64,000 bases of DNA from Saccostrea cucullata (taxonomy: Eukaryota), in the NCBI RefSeq assembly GCF_032062105.1, contig NW_026925056.1, forward strand, positions 124,001-188,000, read 5' to 3'. Both the position numbers and the translations under genes were made by a program. The notes beneath the pieces are model-generated. The model was given only the letters and a program-made list of their open reading frames with translations, searched no databases and had not been told where the DNA came from. The first letter of the stretch is position 1. Every line of letters starts with the position of its first letter. Positions 26,109 through 39,409 of this stretch are shown one piece after another.

Positions 26109-27177
26109 TTAGTTTCTGATCATGATTTCGCGTTCAAAGATCAAAATTTCAGCATGATTTTTTAGAAAAGCTGTCGGCATTTTGAAGCAGCCGATTTGGA
26201 ACTTGTGTTCCTGAATGGCGGTGGCAACAAGATTAACGCAGCCTTTGAGTCCAGTGGCGTCCATTTTGATATCCGACAGCTCAATACAGATACTGACCAT
26301 ATGTTTCATGAGGGGTAAACTTGCACAGAGAGGTCTGGGATTCTTTCCTACATTCAACAAATTTAAATATTGAAAACAGATAAATAAACTATCAAACTTT
26401 TATGTGTTACGATTTTTTTTTTCCAAATCATTTTCAAAACAAAGTTTATTTTACCTTGAACAGGTTTGTCGAAGATCTCTCTTCCATCAAGCGAAAACTT
26501 GACGTGAAAAGCTTGTTCGGTGTTGTTGAACTCCAGCGCAATACAAGCTGCAAACAGTAAGCATAACTTTCTTTAAATCGGTCCATATCAATTCGATATC
26601 CAGAGAACTGTATAGTTATCTATCATACCTGTTTTAGAGAACTGAATTCTGGGTAAGCTGAGCGTTTTACAGCAGCTGCACTTGTCCTCCTCACATTTAC
26701 AGCCGTCTCCCCCGAAGATGTCCTCCACAAAGCTGCCCTCCAGAGGATCGTCAAGGGAGAATTCTATCCCTTGTAAAGAAATAAATGTTGTATAAAAAAT
26801 CAATCAACTGAGAGGTCATTATGTGTGTAGATGAGCAGAGCCTCACTCTAAAACCCCAGTTGGTATACAAATTTGCAGAAAGACATGCATGAATAAAAAA
26901 CATTGGATGTCATCAACATAAGCTTTGTTTAAATTTGAGGTAATTAATAACGAATTAAGTTCGTTATTATTTCTTTTCTTGAATTTGTTTTAACGAATTC
27001 AAAGAAACTGTTATAACGAATTAAATTCGTTATAAATTCGACCAATTGTTATATTGAATTTAAAAATATTTTTAATAGGTCCTTAATGGACTTTTGTGGT
27101 AATCGGTGTTTTCGCAACTTACCAGATGTTTTATCATACAACAAAGCAACAGCAAGAAAAAGAAAGATTAACTTCAT
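26109..27177 (-). CDS. DUF4773-type secreted Cys-rich protein, copy C (175 aa)
   Basis: Exons 27177-27123, 26769-26629, 26547-26455, 26347-26109; phase-1 GT-AG introns; 528 nt open. MKLIFLFLAVALL signal; GCKCEEDKCSCC, ACI, NPRPLC, IC, GC, IGCFKMP. Confidence 0.9.
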
Positions 27178-27269
27178 CGCAAAATTCTGTAGTTGACCAA
27201 CCGGGATTGAATGTTTCTCATCGAATGATCCTTTGAATTGAGGAAAGTCTTATTTATGAAATCGTACTT

Positions 27270-27281
27270 GAAATAAGGAAA
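27270..27281 (-). promoter_or_regulatory. Conserved upstream 12-mer GAAATAAGGAAA (+ strand reading), also at 23158-23169 and 29845-29856
   Basis: Identical 12-mer 93-111 bp upstream of the ATG of copies B, C and D, while the surrounding sequence has diverged. Confidence 0.55.
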
Positions 27282-28364
27282 CCTATAAAATTTATGAAAT
27301 TTTAATTGTTCAGGAAGGTATTGGTAATTTCACAGTTCATGTCCCTAAATCATGAGAACAGTCATTAGGAAATTCGAAAAGAAAAGTGCCAATGTGATCC
27401 TTTCTCACGTATACCCAAAATGCAGCACGAATTTATGACTAGGGACAAAATGAAATCAAACTAATTGGATTGTTACGACTTTAAGAGAGATGCATTAAAT
27501 GTAAACACTTTAAATACTTCTGTTAATTTTGAAGTCCTTATAACACTTTAGTCTCAAAAACATGTACATGTACGACTAGTACTAAATAAGCTTTAAAGTT
27601 TATTGATGTTTTTTTAATGGAGTAGAATTTTTTTTTTTTTAGAAAATAACTTATAAAGAAGATATGTTAAGAGGTATATCAAGAATAAATACGTCAGTTT
27701 TATAAAAATTAAAAATGAAAATGATTTTAATATTTCGACGAAAACATCTCACTTGAATTTCGTTAAGAAGGCATTTAAATGCAACAGTCATTGTGCACGA
27801 ATTTCACCCTTCCTGAGAATGTCGAATATATTGTCGCGCAATCTTAGTTCTTCAATACGTGTCAGCTATGGCAGAGAGAACACCCAAAATAAACTTGACC
27901 TCAACTTTCGCGAAAACTGAACTAAAAACGCTATGTCCAGTATATGCAAACATTGTTCTAACTAAGAAATTGTTATATTTAATGCAAAATTCAATTTATA
28001 CTCAGTATTTAGTAAATTTTATTACTTACGGATTACTTTTCATTTGGTTATTCTGCAAAGCCACTATACTTTTACAGATACTGAAAATTTAAGATAACTC
28101 AACTAGGCTTTCATGGAATTTTTAATTTAAGCTGACAGATGTTTACTACCAAGGCATTCAGTTCATGTCCAAGTTTTCAACAATGCAGCCCTACAGTGGG
28201 TAATATAGTCAAAGGATATATCAGTTTATGTCTTTATTTTATTTAACCAACTGGTTCTCTCATTGCAATAACGACACATAAAATGTTCTCTACAAATTCA
28301 ATTTAAAGATTGGGATGACAGAACCGTAGTCCCTTTTCAGCGCACATTTCAAAGCATAAAGTTA

Positions 28365-28566
28365 CTGTATACAGGGAAATTTTCGACCCCGTTTTATTTT
28401 CGCCCCTTTCGCCCTAACCTAGGTTGGGCGAATTTAAAAAGGGGCGAATTCAAATGATACAATTTCTTTTAAAAAACTGTGACTTTGCGAATATAAAACG
28501 GGGCAAAATTGTGTGCAAGAGTGAAAGGGCGAAAATAAAACGGGGCGAAAATAACCCTGTATACAG
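28365..28566. mobile_element. TA-flanked MITE (202 bp)
   Basis: TA + CTGTATACAGGG ... CCCTGTATACAG + TA with internal inverted ttttcgcccc/ggggcgaaaa repeats. Confidence 0.85.
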
Positions 28567-28887
28567 TAATGTATTTGTAGAAAACGACTTATGATTTCAA
28601 AACACTGTAAAGGGTTTAATAAAAAAAATGTATACTTTTTTTGTTTTTAGTCATTAAATAATATTGTAAGAAACTAGGATATAGTCTAAACACGGTTTTT
28701 AGACTAAACTCAGTCAATACTTTTTGGAATATAACCAATGATTGTAGCTACATGTACCATCGAGTACGTGTTATCATTTTTCATAGAGAATATTTGTTGT
28801 TTTAAAAAATGTTTCTCGACGAATCAGATTCAACTTTTTTACAGAAAAGCATAATATTGTTCAACAATGACAGCAATTATGGAAGCA

Positions 28888-29734
28888 TTAATTTCTGATC
28901 TTAATTTTTCTCTCAAAGACCAAAACTTCAGCACTGTCCATTGTATGAGCGGTCGGCATTTTAAAACAGCCGATGCGAAACTTTTTCTCCACAAAAGCAG
29001 ACGCAACAAGATTTACACATCCTTGTAGTCCAGTTGTGTCCATCTTGATGTCTGCGAGTTCAATACATACATTGACAAGATGCTTCAGAACAGGAATGTT
29101 CACACAGAGTGGTTTTGGATCCTTTCCTAGGGTATTAAAAATATCATCAGAATTATTCATAAAAATATCACCAGGCTTTCCATTTAAAGAAATTTAAAAA
29201 AAAATATTATACAACAAAAATTTCTACCTTGAACTTTTCTGTCAAAGATGTTACTCCCATCAAGCGTAAACTTGACGTGAAACGCCTGCTCCGCATTGTT
29301 GAACGCCAATCCAATACAAGCTGCAATATTTACATGTAAACACTGGTTTGCTTCAGGAAGATTTCTTTAAAGGAGAAAAAAACTGTTAATATTTATATCA
29401 ACAATACCTTCCTTGGAGATATGAACCATTGGTAAAGTCAGGGTTTTACAACAGTTGCATTCGTTCATCTCACAGTGGCAACCATCGTCTCCAAGATCGC
29501 CCCCCATTGCACTGCCCTCAAGAGGATTATCCAAGAAGAATTCTTTACCTTTTAAAAAGGCAAATTGTAGTTATTTATGAATATTCTACAAATTATTTTG
29601 ATAAATAATATGCAAAGGATATGGAATGGTACAATAGTATAATATTCTATGCCAATATGAAATCAAACTCTTCATAACTTACCAGATGTTTTGTTAAAAA
29701 ACACAACAACGAGACAAACGAAGATCAGCTTCAT
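28888..29734 (-). CDS. DUF4773-type secreted Cys-rich protein, copy D (174 aa), paralog of C
   Basis: Exons 29734-29683, 29548-29408, 29320-29228, 29126-28888; 525 nt open. MKLIFVCLVVVFF signal; GCHCEMNECNCC, ACIGLAFNNAEQAFHVKF, DPKPLC, IGCFKMP. Confidence 0.9.
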
Positions 29735-31114
29735 CGTTAAAAGTCGGTTTGCCCAACCGATGTCAATGTTCTCCCTATGGATATATGGTCCTTGACAATA
29801 AGGATATTTTATACACTAGTGTATATATCAAAGATACTTGATTGGAAATAAGGAAAATTTCAAAAATCTAGAAAATATTGGATTATTGTTTGAAATGCCA
29901 AGGATGATATTAGTGGTGCCTCAATTCATTCCCTCTTGAAACAAATTAATAATTGATATAAAGGAAAGTAAAAATAAATTGGTCAAATGATAGAATATTT
30001 AGCATTCTCTACATGATTCAACCATACATTAATGCATATCCAAATTGCAACGTTAGTTATGAAAGCTGAGGACACAATGTCATCAGAATGGAACAGCGTT
30101 TTAACTTTATCATAAACCAATTCAATCATAACCTGTGTTGTACAATAAATATTCATTTACAACAAAATTAAAGTGTAAAAGTTATCTAAGCTTTGTGTTT
30201 AATTTAACTTTTAAAATTTCGACATTTTCAAAAACACTTTGTTTATCTTGTTCAGTAAAAATCTAAATTTATTGATAAAATCTTGCTTTCGATAAAGTTT
30301 TACCATAAGCTTAAACTTTCTCTGATTTTATTCTTCAACAACACGCTAAGAAAAACACTATATATAAAAATGTATTTAATTACCGTTTACTAGGGTTTCT
30401 GAGATAAAAGTTTTAGAAAAAAATGTAGGTAGAGTAAATTAAAGTATTTTATCTATGGTCTTCAGATTGTGTTATCTTTATAATTCTCCAATTTGCAATT
30501 GTTATTTATGCACTAATTCATCACCTGCATACGGATTTTATGCATCTTAGTTGATTCGATACGCAAATACAAGAGAGAAACGGAATTAAAATGTGAATAA
30601 ACCTTACCAGTCGTATCAATTTGAAATTATGTTGTTTTTTTTTTTATCAATTTTAGTTGCCATGAAAAAAATAATATAATGTCAGTCTTTTTATAGGATA
30701 TATTTTGAAAGGAAGGAGTATTATCAGGGAAAACTGACTGCCAAAAAGTAAAAAAAAAAAACACGTTGTTCAGTAAAAGTGTTGGAGGGGGGTCCCTGCA
30801 TCCCCTCTTACCACCCTCACCCTAAAATATATATTCGCTAATGTTTTTTTTCACATGAAAAAAAAATTCACGGTCGTTTAAATAGCTTTCCAAGACAATT
30901 TGTATCAATTTGGAATTTCCCAATCTATTTTTAGATCAATGTAAAGGAAATAAATCCTTGTATTGACCTGGAACGTCACGTGCAGGTCAATACAACGTAG
31001 TATTTTTCTAACATAGTTGGATCTCAGCCAATCAGAGAGATAGAAATTATTCAATCATATAATAAAAAATATTATTTAAAAAAAAAATTTCTTTAAAAAT
31101 TAAAAAAAGAGTAA

Positions 31115-31822
31115 AAAAGATCTGTTTATGAAACGCTGTCCCTTGTATGACAGCTTTTGGCGAGGATTGGAGTTTCTGAAATGCAACTCAAACTCCAAGG
31201 TCAAGGGGTGAAAAGTGTTGTTGCCCAGAGAAAGGACTTGTTCTTAATGATATATATCAATACCTGTGGAATATGAAAGCCCAAACACTAACCCTGAAAA
31301 CCCAAGATTAAAGTTTTTCAAATGTGGTTAAAACTTCAAGGTCAACTTAAATTGTTAAATTTAAGGTACTCATGGAAATACTCGTGTGTCTGTCCAAAAG
31401 TCACGGACAAGGCAAAAGTGTTTTTAAAAAGAGGTCAAACTCCTAGTTCAAAGATCAAATTGAATACACCTGTGAAATATGATGGCTCTAGTTCTTATTG
31501 ATCAAAAGTTATATCCAAGGTAAAATTTTTCTAAAAGGGGATCAAGCTCACGAGTCAAGGTAAAAATATTTATACCCGTAAAAGGCTTTAGCACAATGAA
31601 TATGTGAAGAAAAAACACCTGAAATCAACCGTTCAAAAATTTTAGCCGAGGTTTAAGAAGTGTAAATTCTTGCAAAATTCAGCAAAACTCTGAGGTCAGG
31701 ATCAAGAAGTCAAAAATTTCGTACGTGAGGAAGGTCTTGTCACAATGAATACACATATGAAATATGAAAGCTATAGCTCAATCAATTAAAAATTATGGAC
31801 AATGTTAACGATTTTGCGGACG
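31115..31822 (-). mobile_element. Degenerate HINE-type element with tandem units
   Basis: aagatctgtttatgaaac start (reverse of the HINE end); repeated caaactc..aggtcaa..tgtgaaatatgaaag units. Confidence 0.55.
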
Positions 31823-33490
31823 TATTTCATGGTCATTGTATCGATCATAGAACTTACGAATGATGAATGATTTATTCAAACGAGACTGCTGAAATTCTTG
31901 TTTCATAATAGCAAAATGCTTACTGACATTTCCATACTATTTCTTAGACTATTATTTAAAAATTGATTAATCGACTAGTTTTCTGTTTTTACGATCATAT
32001 CGAGGAACACACATGGGATACTTACTTTTCCATAGCACCTGATTCTATTTCCGCTATTTAAGAGGTCCATGTATAGTCTGCTCCCAATTTGTATTGTTTA
32101 CATGAACTTTTGAGCTCAATTACTATAATTCGTTATCCATGTTTTTCTTACAAAACTTCAAAGAGGCTAGATAGAAATTGACATACATGAAATGAAAATT
32201 GTTGCATTTAAAATTTAAAGCGATATGGGCTGCAATGATGTCAAATTTTTCTGTTGCAAAATTGACATTAGCTATTTCAAGGACAAAGAACAGATCCTTA
32301 ATAAACTTCTGTTGTTCATATTTGTAATAGATGAACTATTTACAAGGTTTTTATGATGCAAATTTACAATATTGTCGTCCGTCCATATTTTTTTCTTAAA
32401 TAATACTAAATATTTGATTATGCATAGGTCTCTCTTTTGAAACAGTTTAATACTTCATTTTATTCTAATTGATCAAAATGGTTTAAAATTTTTTTTATCA
32501 TTATGAGACATTTTAATAGGAGAATAAAATTATCAAAAATGCATTTTGAATTTTTAAAGCTTCATTTTCCAGCTTTTTGTAATTACATTATGAAAATGAT
32601 TTTAAAAGTTATCTTTCCTGGCCCATTACCATACATCCCTTAGTGATTTTAGAACTGATATTATTATTATATATTTCTAAAATTCCAATTACCAGAAAGC
32701 TTAGGAAATTTATACCATACGTTTGTAGAGACATAGATTACAAAAAGGTTCTTAACTCTTACACTGATGACGAGAAGCTTACAGAAAGTAGGACACAAAG
32801 ACGGTATAGGAAAGCTTATGTGGAACGTGACAAAAAAGTCAACACCACAATTAGAACTAGTTTTTATGCCCCTGTAAAAAAAGTTTCGGGGTGTATAGTT
32901 TTGTCCTTCCGTCCATCCAGCTGTCTCTTAGGTCAAAAAGCCTGATCCTCAATTTATTGTGGAAAAGGATTGTATTAAGTGTTTAAAACTTGTTAATGAT
33001 GTGGGTAGAGGGCTTTCTAACTAATTATTACACATTTCCACCTTTGATTTAGTTTAAATATTCCTAACAGGAAATATGATTTATCGATTATCTCTGGATG
33101 CAGAATTGAGGTACCACAAAAAGGAAGTTTACTAGATTCGACTTGAAACATGTTCATATCTGGTTATCCCGCTTGGTACTTCCGCGCAGTATAGACTTTG
33201 ATACCTTAGGCACTGGCATAAAATCACACCAAATAAGGAAGAAAATGCAGTTTTATTGGGGAAAAAATACAATAAAATATTTTCTACAGTTTGTTCAGAT
33301 ATGGTTATCTTTATAGACAGTTAAAGAAAAGGAATTGTTCTTTAAAAAATCACGATCTCTTTGTGGACATCTTTTTTGAAAGAAAAACATTCAGTGAGTA
33401 TTTTTTGGAAACAGAACAAAGCAGGTGGTAAAGAACTTGATATTTTGAAGTTTAATCTTCCCAGTCTCTTTTAATAACCAATTTTTTCCT

Positions 33491-34813
33491 TTATTTTCGA
33501 TTGTTTCCCCAGAATAAGAGTTTTCTGTCCATAGAATAAGGCATCTTGAAGCAGCCGAGGTCTACGTTGACTGTCTGCATCATAGTGACAGCCAAGTTCA
33601 GGCAGCCGCTGATCTCTGAAGGTTCGCTCTTAATATTGGCGATTTCTGCACAAACCTTGATGCTATGGCCTTGTACAGTCACGTCTTTACATGCTTTGGG
33701 ATTCTCAACTATACCAAAACAAAAATTGATTTTAATAAAAAGAAAATGTTTCCATTTTGAACAACAGTCGGTCAGTACACGAAAGAGATAACTCGATCAT
33801 TTTATCTTGCACAATCGTACTACTAACTCCACAATAAATATGCTTAACAGTGTCAAAATTGGTATGTTGTCATACAATTGTACGTTCACAATACCTGTTA
33901 CTTGCAGGTTCATTAACGGTGCTTTGTCCGCACTGAGATCGATGGAAAATTCCTTTGACTGAGAGGTGAATTTTATATCACCACAGACTAAAATTATAAC
34001 AATAATTCAACATTAGAATTTTGGATTGATATATTCAAACAAATAAGACTGAAAACTTGGCTCGAAGAATTTAAGTAAAAAGAAGAAAAGATCACAAGAA
34101 CTCATTTTTTTTTTATTTTACAAGTCCATTTCCTTAATATTCTAAACTTCAACGATTGTGATCATTAAAATTATTTCTGAAGAGAGGTATGAATGGATTT
34201 TAATGTATTCAAATACTCACCTGTGGACTGCCATGTTACAGCCTTGCAACAAGAGCATGAATTTTGTGTACAAGTACACCCATCACCAACAAAGTTACCC
34301 TCCAGCAAATCTTTTAAAAGACGTCCTTCCTTTACGAAATCAACTTGACCTAAAATAAAATATAAAAAATGGAAATTAACAAATTCAAAAAATTAAAGTG
34401 GCTGTCATCTCATTTTTTCTTACAAGTGTAATATAAATAAAATGTAGCTTGAAAAAAGTAATTTCAATGTAAATATAGCTTACTAGTTTATTGATGAACT
34501 TGCGTAAGTTTATATGATTGGTAGATGTATAAACACAAAACGACATGAAAAGATTATTTACTTAACTTACATATTCTTTTAAGAATTTGAGAAGAACACC
34601 TAACGTCCTTCATAGAACATATTTTGACAAATTCTGTTTAACACTTTTTACCATGTTCATACTAAGTAGATAAATTCTCAGGAAATTTTGTCTTTTTTTG
34701 TAAAAAAAAATATAGCCTAATTTTTTTGAATATTGATTAAAAATCTTACCAACTGCTTTTATTTGTCCAGCATAGCATAGAAACGCAAGGGCAAGCAACA
34801 CGATTACTTTCAT
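33491..34813 (-). CDS. DUF4773-type secreted Cys-rich protein, copy E (167 aa)
   Basis: Exons 34813-34750, 34349-34221, 33987-33895, 33708-33491; 504 nt open. MKVIVLLALAFLCYA signal; GCTCTQNSCSCC, VCGDI, NPKAC, VC, SGC, LGCFKMP. Confidence 0.9.
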
Positions 34814-35225
34814 TTTCCTTGTCTACAAAGATTGGCGAAGGCAACTGATATGTGGGCAGGTAGTTATGGTCTCTTCTTATATCTGTATGATTAGCATCAA
34901 CGTGGATGGTGATTTTGCTTCTACAGGAAATAATTCAAGCTTTTTAAATTTAATTTGCTAAGAAACAAACCAATCCAGTCCTTAAACAGAACCACGTGTT
35001 TAAAACTCTTAGATGGTATCAGATGTAAAATAAGCATAAACTTAATAGTCGCGTGAAACTTTTCTCGTATATATTTATTTTGAAATTGTCGAATTTCAGC
35101 TCAAAGGCTTTCATTAAAATGAATTTCATGAGTAAGAAAGGAAATGTTTTAGCTATTGTAGTTTTGTTTAAAAGTGAAAGCTTAAAGGAGATAAGATGTT
35201 TTGTGAAACACTGATATAACAGCTT

Positions 35226-36166
35226 CCCAGCAGGCACACAACATTGAAAAAACTTTGAATCAACGTTGTTTTTCTATATTGATTCAACATTGATTTTATG
35301 TTAGATTTTGAAAATTTGTATCAACGTTGAAGTCTTATCATTGAATCAACATTGATAATCAACGTTGATTATATATTATATTATTTATTTTGGAAAGGGG
35401 GTGTCATATAGTAATAATATACTTACTTAAAATTTCAACCATTTTATTGCACGGTTGCTAAGATGCCTTCATAATTGTTGAAGGGATAGCGACCCTCTGA
35501 TAAGACAGATAAATTTCAAAGTACAAAATAGTAATACTACCCACAGTTTTCTTAATCAGGTACCTGAGACTTCTGAGTAGTCAGTTTGATGAGATTAAAC
35601 ATATGATGGAAACATTACTTTCTATTTCTTTTGCAAATTTCTTTGTAATTGTTTTATTATATTTAACAATAAAACATTTAAATCCAACATCATACACCTT
35701 ATAAATTGAATAAGTTGTATCTTTTAAGTACCATTTTAAAAATATTTTAATATTTCAAGTACTTATAATACAGTATTTTAATTAGAATGACTTTTTTTTA
35801 CATGAAGAAATATTTAGAAGAAAGATAACTCCTCATCACAAATATATTTTTTCTTACAATTGCAACCACATACAACATTGTGATTTTCTGACTTGAAACA
35901 GTCCACTTTGAACATGATTTAAATAGGTATAATAGTAAGTATTATTTTCATATGTACCTCATTATCTATCTAATTATCTATCAGCGTAAAATAGGATTGG
36001 CCCGCTCATCAGCGTAGATCCGACGTTGAATCAATGTTGGCAATTCAACTCAATTTGAATTCAATGTTGATTCAACGTTGAATCAATATTGTATCTGGAT
36101 TTATCAACGTCTAAACCCAACTTTAACTAGTATTCAACGTTTAAACAACGTTGTGTGCCTGCTGGG
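35226..36166. mobile_element. CACTA/EnSpm-like non-autonomous transposon (941 bp)
   Basis: TIR CCCAGCAGGCACACAAC / GTTGTGTGCCTGCTGGG, subterminal tcaacgttga repeats, 2-bp TT TSD; empty site present at ~46411 in the F unit. Confidence 0.85.
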
Positions 36167-38455
36167 TTATGACTGCCCTCATATGACAGCTTAGGACAAC
36201 GGTTGAGATTTCTTAAATGCAAATCAAACTTCGAGTGGTCAAATTTTTCGGTACCAAGAGAAAGATCTTTTCACAAGAAATATACCTGTGATAGGACCGT
36301 TCTCTATAAGGCCGTTTTGCGGCCTACAATGACTTCAAATTTCCAAATAGTATTTTTTCTCATAAAAATTGCATGAATCAGTAGACTAATGTTCCAATTT
36401 AATGGTAAATATTGATTGGGTAATAATACAATAGTATTTGTTATGGTACTAGGGTCTCAAAGTAAGCACTATCGGTTCGTATTAGCATTAGAGTAATGGG
36501 AAAACTCAAGAGGGTTGCTGTATTATAGAACTCCTGTGCATGTCTTAACCACCTTTAACCAACATCAAAAGTTGCATGTAAAGTTCTTGTAAATCAAAAC
36601 ACTGACTACCAAATTATGAACTTGGTTAAGGGTGGTTATTACATCTAAATAAAAACTTTTCGCTTCATTTTGAAGATATTTGCAAGAAAAGCAAATACTC
36701 ACAATAAAGGGTATCAGCTTATGTAGATTATTTCTCTTTATAAACTTTTGGTTAGAGTACAATTTTCTGTTGATTTGTTAAGAATTTATATAAGCCATGC
36801 ATGTTGACTCAAAAATGTCAAATTTCTACTTTAAAAAATCAAAGGACTGAAAAGACTTGGAGTCATGAAACTAAACATGGAGAAGTCTCATTGAAATATC
36901 GCTAAAACAATAAAGAAAAACTGTTTTTACATGTATAGGCTTTAAGGCGTGAATATTGTATTTAGCATAATTATTAATATGATAATGATAGTTTAGTTTA
37001 TCTATATATGCTAGCTACGTCTTTGTATTTCCTTATGAGTATTGCATATATTCTTTGTATTTCTTTTTCAGTACTGCATATTTGTTCTAGAAATGATAAA
37101 AGCTATCTTTGGTGTAGCGGGAAAATGCATTTCCCATTTGTGTTATAGATTTATTTTCTATGGGTTTACATGTAACTTTCATAGATAGGGAGTTTCTGAT
37201 GTGATGGTTTTATAAATTCTCGCCTCGAACTTTTAAAAGAACACTTTTCCGTACGAATGGCATAGGAGTCCATATATTTTGTTAACTGGGTCTTCATGTG
37301 AGGACTCAATCTATTCATCACACTTCTTTGACAACATCAATACATTATAAGTTACTAGCATAGCAGCCCTGTCTTAGAAAATAAACTAGCAAGAAGGACA
37401 GGGGTTTCTTTATGTTATATGTACATATACTTGATAATTAAATGTTGCTGTACCCCATTTTAGGATTTTTCACCCAGATAGAGAGATCATCCACTGAAAG
37501 TCAAATGTCACAATTTTGAGTTATGCATAGTGCATTAATGACGAACGCCTAACGTGAGATGGGACCTCTTTTTAGAAATAATATCCAAACGACCCACGGC
37601 ATGCTAAAGACCCAGTATACGAATTGTCACTACCCGTGTTAAACCATAGTTTTTGATGCTGCACTAGGAAAGAGACTGAATTTAACCTTCAAGTTTCAAG
37701 AGTGCAAAAGGAGCATCAAACCCTTTGGACCCTATGGATATACTTAATATTCGTATATGCATAATGGAAAGAACTGTTAAAAATCTACTCCATTTTATGT
37801 AGTGCCTTTAGAAATATATATCAACTTTTATACATGTGTAAACATATAGCTTATATGGCATTTTTAATTATACCGTATAACAGGTAATTTTTACTGCTGT
37901 AAATTTTTACGAATTTTGGTTAAAAAAAAGGGTGATTTAAACTTTTACGCGTTAATCTTTTACGAATTGAACATGTCCGTAAAAAATAAAATCGTCAAAT
38001 GTAAAATTCCAGATCAGTAATTGTAAGCACTTTGAGTTGTAAGCACTTAACGTACAAATAATGTGTCCGATGTGAGAGAAAAAGAGAGAAAGAAAGACAT
38101 TACGAGACATTTTAATGGCAGAATAAAATTATCAAAAGTGCATTTTAAATTTTTTAAGCTCAATTTTGCAGCTTTTCGTAATTACATTATGAAAATGATT
38201 TTAAAAGTTATCTTTCCTTGCCCATTACCATACATCCCTTAGTGATTTTAGAACTGATATCATTATATATTTTTACAATTCCAATTACCAGAAAGCTTAG
38301 GGAAATTTATAACATATGTTTGTAGAGACATAGATTACAAAAGGTTCTTAACTCTTGCAATGATGTTGAGAAGCTTACAGAAAGTAGGACACAAAGACGA
38401 TATAGGAAAGCGTATGTGGAACGTGACAAAAAGGTCAACACCACAATTAAAAAAC

Positions 38456-38900
38456 TAGTTTTTATGCACCTGTAAAAGAAAGTTTGGGGTGTATAGTTTT
38501 GTCCTTCCGTCTGTCTGTCTATTTGTCTCTCTGTTTTTGTTTGCAAAAACTTTAACCTTGTCCATAACTTTTGAGTGGTTGGGGATATTGCTTTCATATT
38601 TCAGAGGTGTATTACCTTTGAGAAGACCTTTCTTTAGATACCTACAATAGTGACTTTTGATCCGTGACCTTGGAATTTGTCCTACCGTAAAAAAAAACTT
38701 TTAAATTTGACCACTTTTGAATGGTTAGTACTAGGGCTTTAATATAACACAGGTGTATTCTTTGTGACACGACCCAACTTTGGATACCAACAATTTTGAC
38801 CTTTTGACATTGAATTCGTAGGTTATCTTGAATTTGAGAAAATTCAACCCTCGCCATAAGCTGCTATAAGGAGCCATCGGGGTTTCACAAACATATCTTG
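38456..38900 (+). mobile_element. HINE-type element
   Basis: tttttatgcacc..ggggtgtatagttttgtc, (GTCT)n, gacct units, ggtttcacaaacatatcttg end. Confidence 0.65.
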
Positions 38901-39409
38901 TTGTAGGATTCATGTTTTTATCTGTACTGTGTATGTGTCTAGACAAAACAAAAAAGTGATTCGTAGACAAAAGAGAATTTCAAGAATTGTGCATTGCAGG
39001 AAAGGAAAGAAATCACTAAAACAATTTTGAAAAGGTTACAGGATGCGTATTATATCAACCAAGAGCTAGTAGTAAATTAAGTTTTACAAATTATCATTTA
39101 TGAATTTTGTTTGAGATAGTGAAATAAAATTCAAAATTAGTTAAAAAATCACTTGTAAAATATATTTGTTCCCATATTACACAATATCATGTTGTAACAA
39201 TGTAACTGACTTATTTTGTGCTAAAAAAAAAAGCAGGCATGTTTTTAAAATGTGCAAATTTGTAAAAGTGCAAAATGAAAGTAACGATACTGCATGATTT
39301 TTTCTATTCAAAGTAACTTACTTTATCTTATTATCAGTTTGTTTTTAGGTATTTAATATATATCTCAATAGTTGCACACATTAAAGAAGTGACGAAGGAA
39401 AAAAAACTT

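Larger units (their letters stand above)
32505..36290 (+). repeat. Segmental duplicate (copy E unit) of 38104-46540 (copy F unit)
   Basis: 32505-32913 matches 38104-38512; 32918-35225 matches 43988-46412; 36167-36290 matches 46411-46539. Confidence 0.9.

Noticed and set aside
36292-37400. Possible TIR element starting taggaccgttctc at the end of the E duplication unit
   Set aside because: No inverted partner terminus found; boundaries unsupported.
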